Below, piece after piece: positions 10,574-18,554 of a stretch of 48,949 nt of DNA. Positions within the stretch are counted from its first letter, which is position 1; each line of letters starts with the position of its first letter. The stretch comes from Candidatus Bathyarchaeia archaeon (GTDB lineage Archaea; Thermoproteota; Bathyarchaeia; Bathyarchaeales; Bathycorpusculaceae): assembly GCA_049970895.1 (NCBI GenBank), contig JBMFMB010000011.1, positions 1 to 48,949 of the forward strand, written 5' to 3'. The position numbers and the translations under genes are program-made. Below the pieces are notes generated by a model. The model was not told the origin of the DNA, did not search any database, and saw only the letters and a list, made by a program, of their open reading frames with translations.

Positions 10574-11764
10574 TTAGGCACCCACCTCAAAAATTTTCTT
10601 GGCTAAATTCTTTCCAATCTCCACTATGTGCTTTATATTTTCATCTGTTGGCTGTCCGTTAATTTCCAGCGCGCCGACAACCTCGATTTTGAAGTCGCCG
10701 AGAATCTCCTGGATATGACGGATTGCGCCTCCACCCCAACCATAAGAGCTTAAAACAACAGCGAATTTTGTTGGTGGACGCAACGCCTTGAAAAGGTATG
10801 TGGCATAAACAGCCAACGGGTGGGCTCCACCCAAAACAGTTGGGGCGCCCAAAACAATTGCTTTCGAATCCACAAGGTCTTTGGCTAAGTCGCCAACATC
10901 CGTTACGGCTAGGTTGTGAAGAGTCAGTTCAACACCTTCAGATGCCAGTGTTTCGGCCATCTGCTTAACCATGGAGTCTGTGCTTCCCCACATGCTCACA
11001 TAGGCTATTGTGGCTTTTGGCCGTGTTTCGCCAGCCGCCCAACGCTTGTACGCGTTTAAGATAAGTTCTGGCTTTCTGTGGACTGGACCATGGCTCGGAG
11101 CTATCATTTTGATATCTAATCCAGCGATTTTTTCGAGGGCTTTCTGCGCCATTGCTCTAAAAGGCATCATTATCTCGCCCCAGTACCGCTGGGCGTGGAC
11201 AAGCAAGTCCTCGATTTCGTCGCTGTAGACGCCGCCAGCCAAGTGGGCGCCGAAGAAGTCGCATGGAAATAGCACTTTATCCTCTTCCAAGTATGTGAAC
11301 ATTGTTTCCGGCCAGTGGAGCATTGGCGCCTCAATAAAGCGTAGAGTCTTGTCGCCTAGGCTTATAGCCTCATTGTCAGCCACAACCTTAATCCGCTCTT
11401 GTGGAATATGATAATAGATTTGAGCCATCTTTGCTCCTCTGCTAGTGGCTACTAGTTTGGCTTTCGATGCCATCTTCATTATGTGGGGTATGGCGCCAGC
11501 ATGATCTGGCTCCGCATGGTTCATAACAACATAGTCGATATCTTCAATGCTTGTGAGACTGCTGATTTTATCTTCCAGTTCTTTTTCGAAGCCTGGGTTC
11601 ACGGTGTCTATTAGGGCTTTTCCATTTTTGCCAATTATGAGGTAAGCGTTATATGATGTTCCTTTTGGGAGCGGAATTAGGGCGTCGAAAATTCTGCGGT
11701 TCCAGTCTCTTATGCCAACCCAGTAAACGTTTTCCGCTATTTTCATAACATTTCTTTCGTGCAA
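10574..11764 (-). CDS. fprA: Flavodiiron protein (A-type flavoprotein, O2/NO reductase)
   Basis: GTSYNAY, HAEPDH, LHWPE, CD.FG, PSHG; flavodoxin domain with SMWGST and SYGWGG. Confidence 0.95.
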   Translation of the reverse strand: MHERNVMKIAENVYWVGIRDWNRRIFDALIPLPKGTSYNAYLIIGKNGKALIDTVNPGFEKELEDKISSLTSIEDIDYVVMNHAEPDHAGAIPHIMKMASKAKLVATSRGAKMAQIYYHIPQERIKVVADNEAISLGDKTLRFIEAPMLHWPETMFTYLEEDKVLFPCDFFGAHLAGGVYSDEIEDLLVHAQRYWGEIMMPFRAMAQKALEKIAGLDIKMIAPSHGPVHRKPELILNAYKRWAAGETRPKATIAYVSMWGSTDSMVKQMAETLASEGVELTLHNLAVTDVGDLAKDLVDSKAIVLGAPTVLGGAHPLAVYATYLFKALRPPTKFAVVLSSYGWGGGAIRHIQEILGDFKIEVVGALEINGQPTDENIKHIVEIGKNLAKKIFEVGA

Positions 11765-11776
11765 ACGCGTTCACCT

Positions 11777-11796
11777 TTTATTACAATTGTAATAAA
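11777..11796. promoter_or_regulatory. Perfect 20-bp palindrome TTTATTACAATTGTAATAAA, putative operator
   Basis: Identical to its reverse complement. Lies between fprA and a divergent regulator, adjacent to a TATA-like element at 11797-11806. Confidence 0.75.
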
Positions 11797-11844
11797 GTAT
11801 ATTTATGCCTTTCCCCAGAATATATCAAGGAGGAATAAAACAAA

Positions 11845-12243
11845 ATGCTACTACCATGCGAAGTCGCTGTAAAAAGCCTCCTCCCACCAGTAAGGGCAGC
11901 CCTAGCCAAACACCTCATGACAAAACATGGCTTAAAACAGATGGAGGCAGCCAAACTTTTAGGGGTTAGCCAACCGGCCATAAGCCTCTACAGCAAAAAA
12001 TTGCGGGGAAAAGCCCTAGACCTGGAAAAAGACAGGGAAATTAGAGGGCTAATTGAGGATTTGGCGGATTCCTTAGCAAAGGGAGGCTTATCCCACAAGG
12101 ATTTCACACTAAAGTTTTGCGAAATCTGCAAGGCTGCCCGCGCAAGGGGACTATTATGTGCAATGCATAAAGCCCTAGACCCAACATTTGACACTGAAAA
12201 GTGCGAACTATGCATGGGCCAATTACTAAAATGCCTAAATTAA
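11845..12243 (+). CDS. HTH transcriptional regulator with Cys-rich C-terminus (COG2522-like)
   Basis: PCE, Q.EAAKLLGVSQPAIS.Y...RG, CxxC...C..H...CxxC. Confidence 0.88.
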   Translation: MLLPCEVAVKSLLPPVRAALAKHLMTKHGLKQMEAAKLLGVSQPAISLYSKKLRGKALDLEKDREIRGLIEDLADSLAKGGLSHKDFTLKFCEICKAARARGLLCAMHKALDPTFDTEKCELCMGQLLKCLN

Positions 12244-12248
12244 GCGGG

Positions 12249-13127
12249 CTATTTCACCAAGAAACTTATGATTTTCTCGTAAATGTCCTTGTCTCGGAGA
12301 TCTTCTTGACCCCTATATATGCTTGGATTATCGTTAACCTCAACAACAATGTAGTCGCCATTAACCTCTTTAATGTCAACGCCATAAAGCCCTTTCCCGA
12401 TTACGCTGCAGGCTTTTAGGGCTGTCTCCTTAAGCCTCTGGGGCGCGTTCTCCCGTTTTAGCGTAACTGTTCTACCCCATATGAAGCTTGGTTTTCCACG
12501 GCGTTTTACGCCATGTTTCCATTTGCCCTTCGGCATCATATATTTGCAAACGTACAAGACCTCACCGTTTAGGACGCCTACCCGCCAGTCAAAGTGGGAT
12601 GGCATAAACTTCTGCACAACAATGTAGTCTGACCTTCTGAAGAAGCGTTTTGCAACTTCGCGGAAACTCGTTTCACATGAAACCTTCTCCACATACTTTG
12701 AAAAGCTCGTGTAGGGCGCCTTAATAACAACTGGTTTTCCAAAAAGCTCGAAGATTTCCTCTATCCGTCTATGGTGAAACTCTTCCTTGTCCAAGAACAA
12801 TGTGGGAATGTGCGGCACATCATACTTTTCGAAGAGCCTGTACTGGTGGATCTTGTTTGCACAAATCCTTATGGATTCAGGGTCGTCAACAACCTTTAAG
12901 CCAAGCTCCCAAGCAGTTTTTGAAACAACGTAAGCCGTGTAAAGCGGATCTGTCGTTGCCCTAATGAAGACGGCATCATATTTTGGAATTTCCGAAAGCC
13001 CGCTCCTAAAAATGAAGTTGAACTCATGTCCCATCTGCTCAGCTGTTCGTTTAAAGCGCTCGAGAGCCTCAGCTTCGTCAGAATATGTGAAATTGTATTT
13101 TTCAACAAAACAGGCTATCTGCGTCAA
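12249..13127 (-). CDS. RimK-like ATP-grasp peptide ligase
   Basis: FIRATT, C.NK, Q.FMP..FDWRVGVL, GLYGVDIK, EVNDNPSI. Confidence 0.92.
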   Translation of the reverse strand: MTQIACFVEKYNFTYSDEAEALERFKRTAEQMGHEFNFIFRSGLSEIPKYDAVFIRATTDPLYTAYVVSKTAWELGLKVVDDPESIRICANKIHQYRLFEKYDVPHIPTLFLDKEEFHHRRIEEIFELFGKPVVIKAPYTSFSKYVEKVSCETSFREVAKRFFRRSDYIVVQKFMPSHFDWRVGVLNGEVLYVCKYMMPKGKWKHGVKRRGKPSFIWGRTVTLKRENAPQRLKETALKACSVIGKGLYGVDIKEVNGDYIVVEVNDNPSIYRGQEDLRDKDIYEKIISFLVK

Positions 13128-13831
13128 TCAAACCATCCTTTCCCGGAAAACCGGGAAACAATTTTGGAAATCACATCCACATCTGAGGGCAATATCTCCT
13201 CCAATTTTAGGGGTTGAAGCCCGCATAAGTAGGCTTCTCCATCAACACGTTGAATGAGCAGCTTGCATACCGGAATTTTAAAGGTTTCATAGACTTTTCT
13301 GGCGATTTCCCTAACGCCATCGTCTTCAATATTGCATTCTCCAAAGAAGGATTTAACTTGGAGTATTTCGCTGCGAAGGGGTTGAGCGCAAACAGCATAA
13401 CGGTAATTCATGCTTAGGCTTTTAACAGCCCTATATAGGGCTGTTCTGTTTTTTGCTGTTTGGAAGCCGTTAAAAGAGAATGGGTTGACTGCGAAAATAA
13501 CAACTGGAAAGCTGAACTCAGCCATTATCTGCTTAACAGAGTCCGTAACAAGGTGGGGCATCGCTGGCACCCCGTTTTTTGAAGCTCTAATTAGCAGAAC
13601 TGGCGGTCTGTAAGCGTCTACGGCGTTTTCAGTTGTTGGGACAACACTGTTTCCAAGGATTTCGGCGTGAAGCGAAACATAATAGCCCGTCTTCATGTAC
13701 CTATAATCGTTGTTCACGTTGAGAATAAAATCTCTAACAGAAGACTTGAGGAAGGCTGATGGTTTTATTATGGACGTGTTTGTTCTTAGGTCGATGTTTG
13801 AGACGACCAGCACGCAAGAGGCACCAGACAA
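13124..13831 (-). CDS. RimK-like ATP-grasp N-terminal (RLAN) domain protein
   Basis: NDYRYMKTGYYVSLHAE motif; 4-nt overlap with the ATP-grasp gene. Confidence 0.85.
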   Translation of the reverse strand: MSGASCVLVVSNIDLRTNTSIIKPSAFLKSSVRDFILNVNNDYRYMKTGYYVSLHAEILGNSVVPTTENAVDAYRPPVLLIRASKNGVPAMPHLVTDSVKQIMAEFSFPVVIFAVNPFSFNGFQTAKNRTALYRAVKSLSMNYRYAVCAQPLRSEILQVKSFFGECNIEDDGVREIARKVYETFKIPVCKLLIQRVDGEAYLCGLQPLKLEEILPSDVDVISKIVSRFSGKGWFD

Positions 13832-13869
13832 CAGAAAACAGCTAACATCATTTAGATATTTAAAATTAA

Positions 13870-14190
13870 CTATTTGGGTTTTGATGATACCTTTTTATTG
13901 TTTTGGAAAAGGATAAGCATTTCAAGGCGCTGGAGCAGAGTTAGAGCCTCTCTTCCCCTCTCGGTAATGACATAATGAATTACATTTTGGCCGCCTATAT
14001 CTGCAAGAACAGCTTCTATAAGGTGTTCCTTCTTTAAGCATCTAATCCGGTTCGCCCTTGTCTTATCATTTGGGCAATGCTCCTTTAGATCTGTAAACCT
14101 TTTTGGACCTTCATTTAGGGCTTCAAGAATCTCAATTACGAAGGACTTACCAAGAATACCTATGCTTCGTGCAGTTTTTTCTTCGACTAT
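13870..14190 (-). CDS. HxlR/MarR-type winged-helix regulator with no canonical start (ATA after GGAGAG)
   Basis: Not in the ORF track. Open frame IVEEK...ILEALNEGPKRFTDLK...HYVITERGREAL...; an in-frame TAA lies 7 codons upstream. Confidence 0.75.
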   Translation of the reverse strand: MVEEKTARSIGILGKSFVIEILEALNEGPKRFTDLKEHCPNDKTRANRIRCLKKEHLIEAVLADIGGQNVIHYVITERGREALTLLQRLEMLILFQNNKKVSSKPK

Positions 14191-14350
14191 ACCTTTCTCT
14201 CCTAGATTTTATAGTTTCTGTCATTATATAAAAAGGGATGTGTTTAACAATCTTTCTTTACGTTTGGAAAGTGTTCTGTAAAAACGTATCGTTGATTCAT
14301 AAACTATAAATCTATACTGTTTGCTATACTGAAGTAAAGTTTAAAAAGGC

Positions 14351-15208
14351 ATGGACAAAATGGGCAAAGGGCTTAAAGTCATCGACACGCATCAAAACAA
14401 CTTCGCCCTCGATCTCGGTCGCATGTTTTCAAACATTGAAACTGAGAGATTGCATGTATTGGTTATTAAAACCGACTACGGAACAGAATTGCTGAGAAAA
14501 TTGAACAAAGCCATTAGCGAATTTGGAGCAAAAATAGTTCATCTCCAATTTACAACGGTTTGCCATGGCAAACATGCTGAATGTATAGCTTTTATAGACC
14601 TTGCTAATTCGAAAGTTTCATCTAGAAATATTGAGAAGTTTTTCAAAAAACAGAGAATCGTAAAGTCAGCGCAAATTTTAAACCATAAAACATACAGTCT
14701 TGTTGGAAACAATTACCATTTCCCTCTGGAAATTCTTGGAGAAAGAGCCGTTGTATTTGGTAAAGATGTTTATGCCGCCATTTTTAAGGGAATAAGAGAT
14801 GAGTTTGGCACAGCGGGCGAAACATTCCTATACTATCTTGGAGTTGAAAGTGGAATTGAAAGTTATGTGTTCATTTCAGAATTTATTAGGAAAGGAAAAA
14901 GCGAAGATCTCATTAAGGCGATAAAGGTATTCACAAAAAGTTTGGGATGGGGTGATATCAAAGAAATCCACGTTAACAAAGACGCGGGAAACGCTGTAAT
15001 TGATGTTTACAACAACTTTGAATGTGCACTTTCAGAGGGTTCCAAGACACCGTACAGCCGATTCTATAAGGGTATGCTGACAGGCTACTTTACAAAATGT
15101 TTCCATGAAGAAGTAAAAGTGGAAGAACTTAAATGTATAGCGATGGGAGATGCTTACTGCAAGTTTAAAATTGGAAAACTAAAACCTATCAAAGTGGCAG
15201 CGGATTAG
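14351..15208 (+). CDS. ACT-like + V4R domain ligand-binding protein
   Basis: GWG, FEC, G.L.G, E.KC.AMGD.YC.F V4R motifs. Confidence 0.88.
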   Translation: MDKMGKGLKVIDTHQNNFALDLGRMFSNIETERLHVLVIKTDYGTELLRKLNKAISEFGAKIVHLQFTTVCHGKHAECIAFIDLANSKVSSRNIEKFFKKQRIVKSAQILNHKTYSLVGNNYHFPLEILGERAVVFGKDVYAAIFKGIRDEFGTAGETFLYYLGVESGIESYVFISEFIRKGKSEDLIKAIKVFTKSLGWGDIKEIHVNKDAGNAVIDVYNNFECALSEGSKTPYSRFYKGMLTGYFTKCFHEEVKVEELKCIAMGDAYCKFKIGKLKPIKVAAD

Positions 15209-15271
15209 TCTAGAACAGCGAATAAGTTTATATCTTGGCTAACTGCTGAATTTGATTAAAGAGGCAGTCGT

Positions 15272-16468
15272 ACGTATAGAACCTTAGAGGTTCTTGGACC
15301 AGAACATGAGTTTTCACTTGTTGACGAAAATTTGAGGGCTTTACCAATAGTGGATAAAGTCATAAAAGACCTTTACGGGCGGGTTGTAAACTTTGTTGAA
15401 CTTGGCGAGTTCACCTTCGGAAAAGAGTTGCAGCTCCACGTTATGGAAGTCAAACCTAATAGGCCTTTCAAATCACCCAAAGCCTTTGAAGAAAACATGC
15501 ACAAAGCGGTTTTGACGCTTAGCGAACTATTGGAAAAGCGTTACAGCGCCAACCTCCTTGGAACCGGGATGCATCCGACTTTGAGGCTTGAGGAAACGGC
15601 CGTTTGGCCCCACCGCCATAAGCAAATTTACGAGGCTTTTAGCCGAATCTTTAATCTTAAAAGGCATGGATGGCTTAACATTCAAAGCTTCCAGCTGAAC
15701 ATCCCATACGGCGGTGAAGCGAAAGCCATTTTGATGCATAATTATCTTGCAAACGTTTGTGCTTACCTTCCGGCTGTTTCGGCATCCTCACCCATCTATG
15801 AGGGACGCTTTGGCAACTATGTGGATAACCGTTTATACTTTTACATGGAAAATCAGAAAGAAATCCCATCTATAACCGGAAAAGTGGTTCCAGAATATGT
15901 TCAGTCTTTTAGGCAGTATAGGCAGGAAATTATTAGGCGGTACTCTACCGATTTAGCCAAGGCTGGAGCCCACCACTGCATCCTAAACAAGGAGTGGGTT
16001 AACTCGAGAGGTGTAATCTTCCGCTTTGAAAGAAAAGCCCTAGAAATACGCGTCATGGACGAGCAGGAGTGTATAAAATCCGATGTAGCCCTAAGCTGTT
16101 TTGTAAGGGCTCTGCTCAGAGGCTTAATGAGGGCGAATGAGTTGCTTCCACCTCTATCGACAGAGATTTTGGCTGAAGACTTTAAATCTGTTATAAAAGA
16201 TGGTTTGGAAGCCAAAGTGCTCCATCCTAACGGACCCACAGCTAGGCATGTGTGCAAACACTTCTTGGAGATTGCTTGGGAAAACGCCACACCTGAGGAG
16301 AAGGAATACCTGCCCCTAATAGAGAAACGCCTGGAGCATGGAAACCTATCAGATGTTATTAGGGAGAAGGTCAAGGTTAGGGTGCAGAAGACGGACATGG
16401 ATGAGGCGATTTTGGATGTTTATTCGAAACTTTTAAACAGCCTAAAGGCTAATGAGCCCTTCTTCTAA
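15272..16468 (+). CDS. Glutamate--cysteine ligase family 2 (GCS2, carboxylate-amine ligase)
   Basis: The GPEHEF motif lies upstream of the track start at 15332. Also ELQ.H..E, GMHP, Q.NI, SASSP, RG.I.RF, EIR.MD. The likely start is ACG at 15272. Confidence 0.88.
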   Translation, partial: TYRTLEVLGPEHEFSLVDENLRALPIVDKVIKDLYGRVVNFVELGEFTFGKELQLHVMEVKPNRPFKSPKAFEENMHKAVLTLSELLEKRYSANLLGTGMHPTLRLEETAVWPHRHKQIYEAFSRIFNLKRHGWLNIQSFQLNIPYGGEAKAILMHNYLANVCAYLPAVSASSPIYEGRFGNYVDNRLYFYMENQKEIPSITGKVVPEYVQSFRQYRQEIIRRYSTDLAKAGAHHCILNKEWVNSRGVIFRFERKALEIRVMDEQECIKSDVALSCFVRALLRGLMRANELLPPLSTEILAEDFKSVIKDGLEAKVLHPNGPTARHVCKHFLEIAWENATPEEKEYLPLIEKRLEHGNLSDVIREKVKVRVQKTDMDEAILDVYSKLLNSLKANEPFF

Positions 16469-17024
16469 AGGGGTGGTAGCGTTTATGCAAGTTGAAGGCG
16501 AGCGCCAGAAAAACTTCTTCAACGTTTGTGGCACATGCAAAATTAACTGTTGCTGGGATGCAAGACCGCCAATAACTGAGAGGCGTGAAAAAATCATTTT
16601 GGAATATTTGGAAAAACAGAGCATAAGAGTTGAAAATCCGTTTGTGCATGCCGAATACACTTTTCCAAGGGAAACAGCAGAAGGCTACTGCACATTCTAT
16701 GACAAGACAACAAGAAAATGCCTAGTTCATCCAGTAAAGCCAGAAACATGCGTCGCCGGACCAATAACCTTCGACATTAACGCCAAAACTGGCAAAATTG
16801 AGTGGTATCTTAAAATGGAGAAGATCTGCCCCCTAGCCGGAGTCATGTATGGGGATAAAGCATTATTGGCAAAACACTTTGAGACTGCTAGAAAAGAGAT
16901 TTTGCATCTTGTGAAGGAACTTGCACCAGAAGCGTTGAGGGCTATACTCAAGCGGGAGGAGCCAGACACCTTCAAAATAGGTGAGGAAAAGATAGACATT
17001 AAGGTTCTTGAAAAGCTTTCGTAA
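16452..17024 (+). CDS. YkgJ/CxxCxxCC family putative Fe-S or Zn protein
   Basis: CGTCKINCC, C.FY, C.VH..KP..C...P. Confidence 0.82.
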   Translation: MSPSSKGVVAFMQVEGERQKNFFNVCGTCKINCCWDARPPITERREKIILEYLEKQSIRVENPFVHAEYTFPRETAEGYCTFYDKTTRKCLVHPVKPETCVAGPITFDINAKTGKIEWYLKMEKICPLAGVMYGDKALLAKHFETARKEILHLVKELAPEALRAILKREEPDTFKIGEEKIDIKVLEKLS

Positions 17025-17074
17025 GCTTTTAAATACTTACCCAGTGCAATTTATTCGGTTAGAGAGGTGTGGCG

Positions 17075-17814
17075 TTGTCGTCTATTCTTTGGAGTTGTAA
17101 GCCTTTCATGAAGAAAACGCTTGTGAAATTCATCATAGTATTCGTCGCTGTCTCCATCATTTTAAGCCCCCTTTCATCTTTGTTCCGCTGCTTATTCCCT
17201 TTTGGCTAGCCTTCAGCCTTGTCTTCTTCCTAGTCTGCTATTTCAACAAGAATGCCTACACATACTTTATAACGGACAAGTCTGTCCGCATAGAGAAATC
17301 TTGGTTTTTCGGAAGCTACACCCGAGAAATAACCTTCGACCAGATACGGGACGTGCACGTGATGCAAGGGCTTCTGGCAAGAATGTTCAACTGCGGCTCG
17401 CTAGTATTCATAACAACCACAGGGCTTGAAGTTGGATATGTTGGCGGAGGAGCAGCCGTCGGAAGAGGCATAATGGTCGGAGGTGGAGCTGCCACGCCAA
17501 CAATTGTTAAGGGCGGAGGCAACATGTTCTGGGACATACTGGAGCCAGCGAAAGCCCGGGAAATTTTGATGGGCAAGTTAACCGAGTGGCGGGAAGTCTT
17601 CCAACAGCAAAGAATAGCGGCTTCGGCGGAGAAAATGGCGGAAAAAGCCATACCCCAAACGCAAGCGCAGCCCTCAATGCCAACTTCGCAGCCTCCAACC
17701 GCATCATCCACGGAAACCATCGTTAACCAGCTTGAACGGCTTAAGAAACTGTTTGATTCCGGAGCTATAACAAGAGAGGAGTATGAAAAAGCCAAGAAAA
17801 AGCTGTTAGAGTAA
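17075..17814 (+). pseudogene. Membrane protein with bacterial PH domain and C-terminal SHOCT domain, one frameshift near 17170
   Basis: The TTG frame (two TM segments) shifts at CCCCCTTT into the frame YTYFITDK...IRDVHVMQG...LERLKKLFDSGAITREEYEKAKKKLL. Confidence 0.75.
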
Positions 17815-17822
17815 GGGAATTT

Positions 17823-18428
17823 CTAGGAGGAGGGTATCAATTTATGGTTTCTGCAACGCGTAAATTGACTAATTATCTTACGTAGTTGGTTACGTCTTTT
17901 TTCTTGGTTTTGTCGGCGGTTTTCATCCTCATATCCTAAGGCTATTGTGCAGACGTGCTCGTAGCCTTCTGGGATGCCCAACTCTTTCTTTAGTTGTTCG
18001 CCCTTTTCCGACTTGAATAGGAATTCTGTGGACGTCATTATGATTGAGCCTAAGCCCAACGACTCAGCGGCTATTAGGATGTTCTCGGCGGTTAAGGCGC
18101 AGTCTATTTCGGCGAAGCGAGCCGTCTTGTCCGCCGTTATCAGGATCACTGTTGGCGCGTTCCAGAAGAGGGTTAAAGTTTGAGTCTTTTGCGCGTTCAG
18201 CCAAAAATGTTATTCCAGAGTTTAGCCTGTTCTACTTTATAATGCTCGCCGTTTTGTTGAGCACTTCTTGTTTTGGATTACTGTGAAGTGCCATTTCTGT
18301 TGGCTTCGAGCGTTTGGCGCGAGCAAGGCGCATTCTAATGTTTCCTGCAGCATGTTGTCTGGTATTTGTTCTGGCTTGAATTTTCTTATGCTCTTCCAAT
18401 GTTTTATAACCTCTATTGTTTCATTCAC
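17823..18428 (-). pseudogene. Nitroreductase family, several frameshifts
   Basis: Fragments KSIRKFK..APNARSQQKWHF and DCALTAENILIAAESLGLGS..IALGY lie in different frames. Confidence 0.85.
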
Positions 18429-18554
18429 GGCTCAACCAACCTTTTTCATTCCTTGTCATGTTTGCTGGCAATATGTTTATTTTGAAGATTTGTGCAAAAG
18501 GCTTTTACCTTTGGTTTTCCGCTATTCTATCAGCGTTTGAGGGTTAACTGCATC

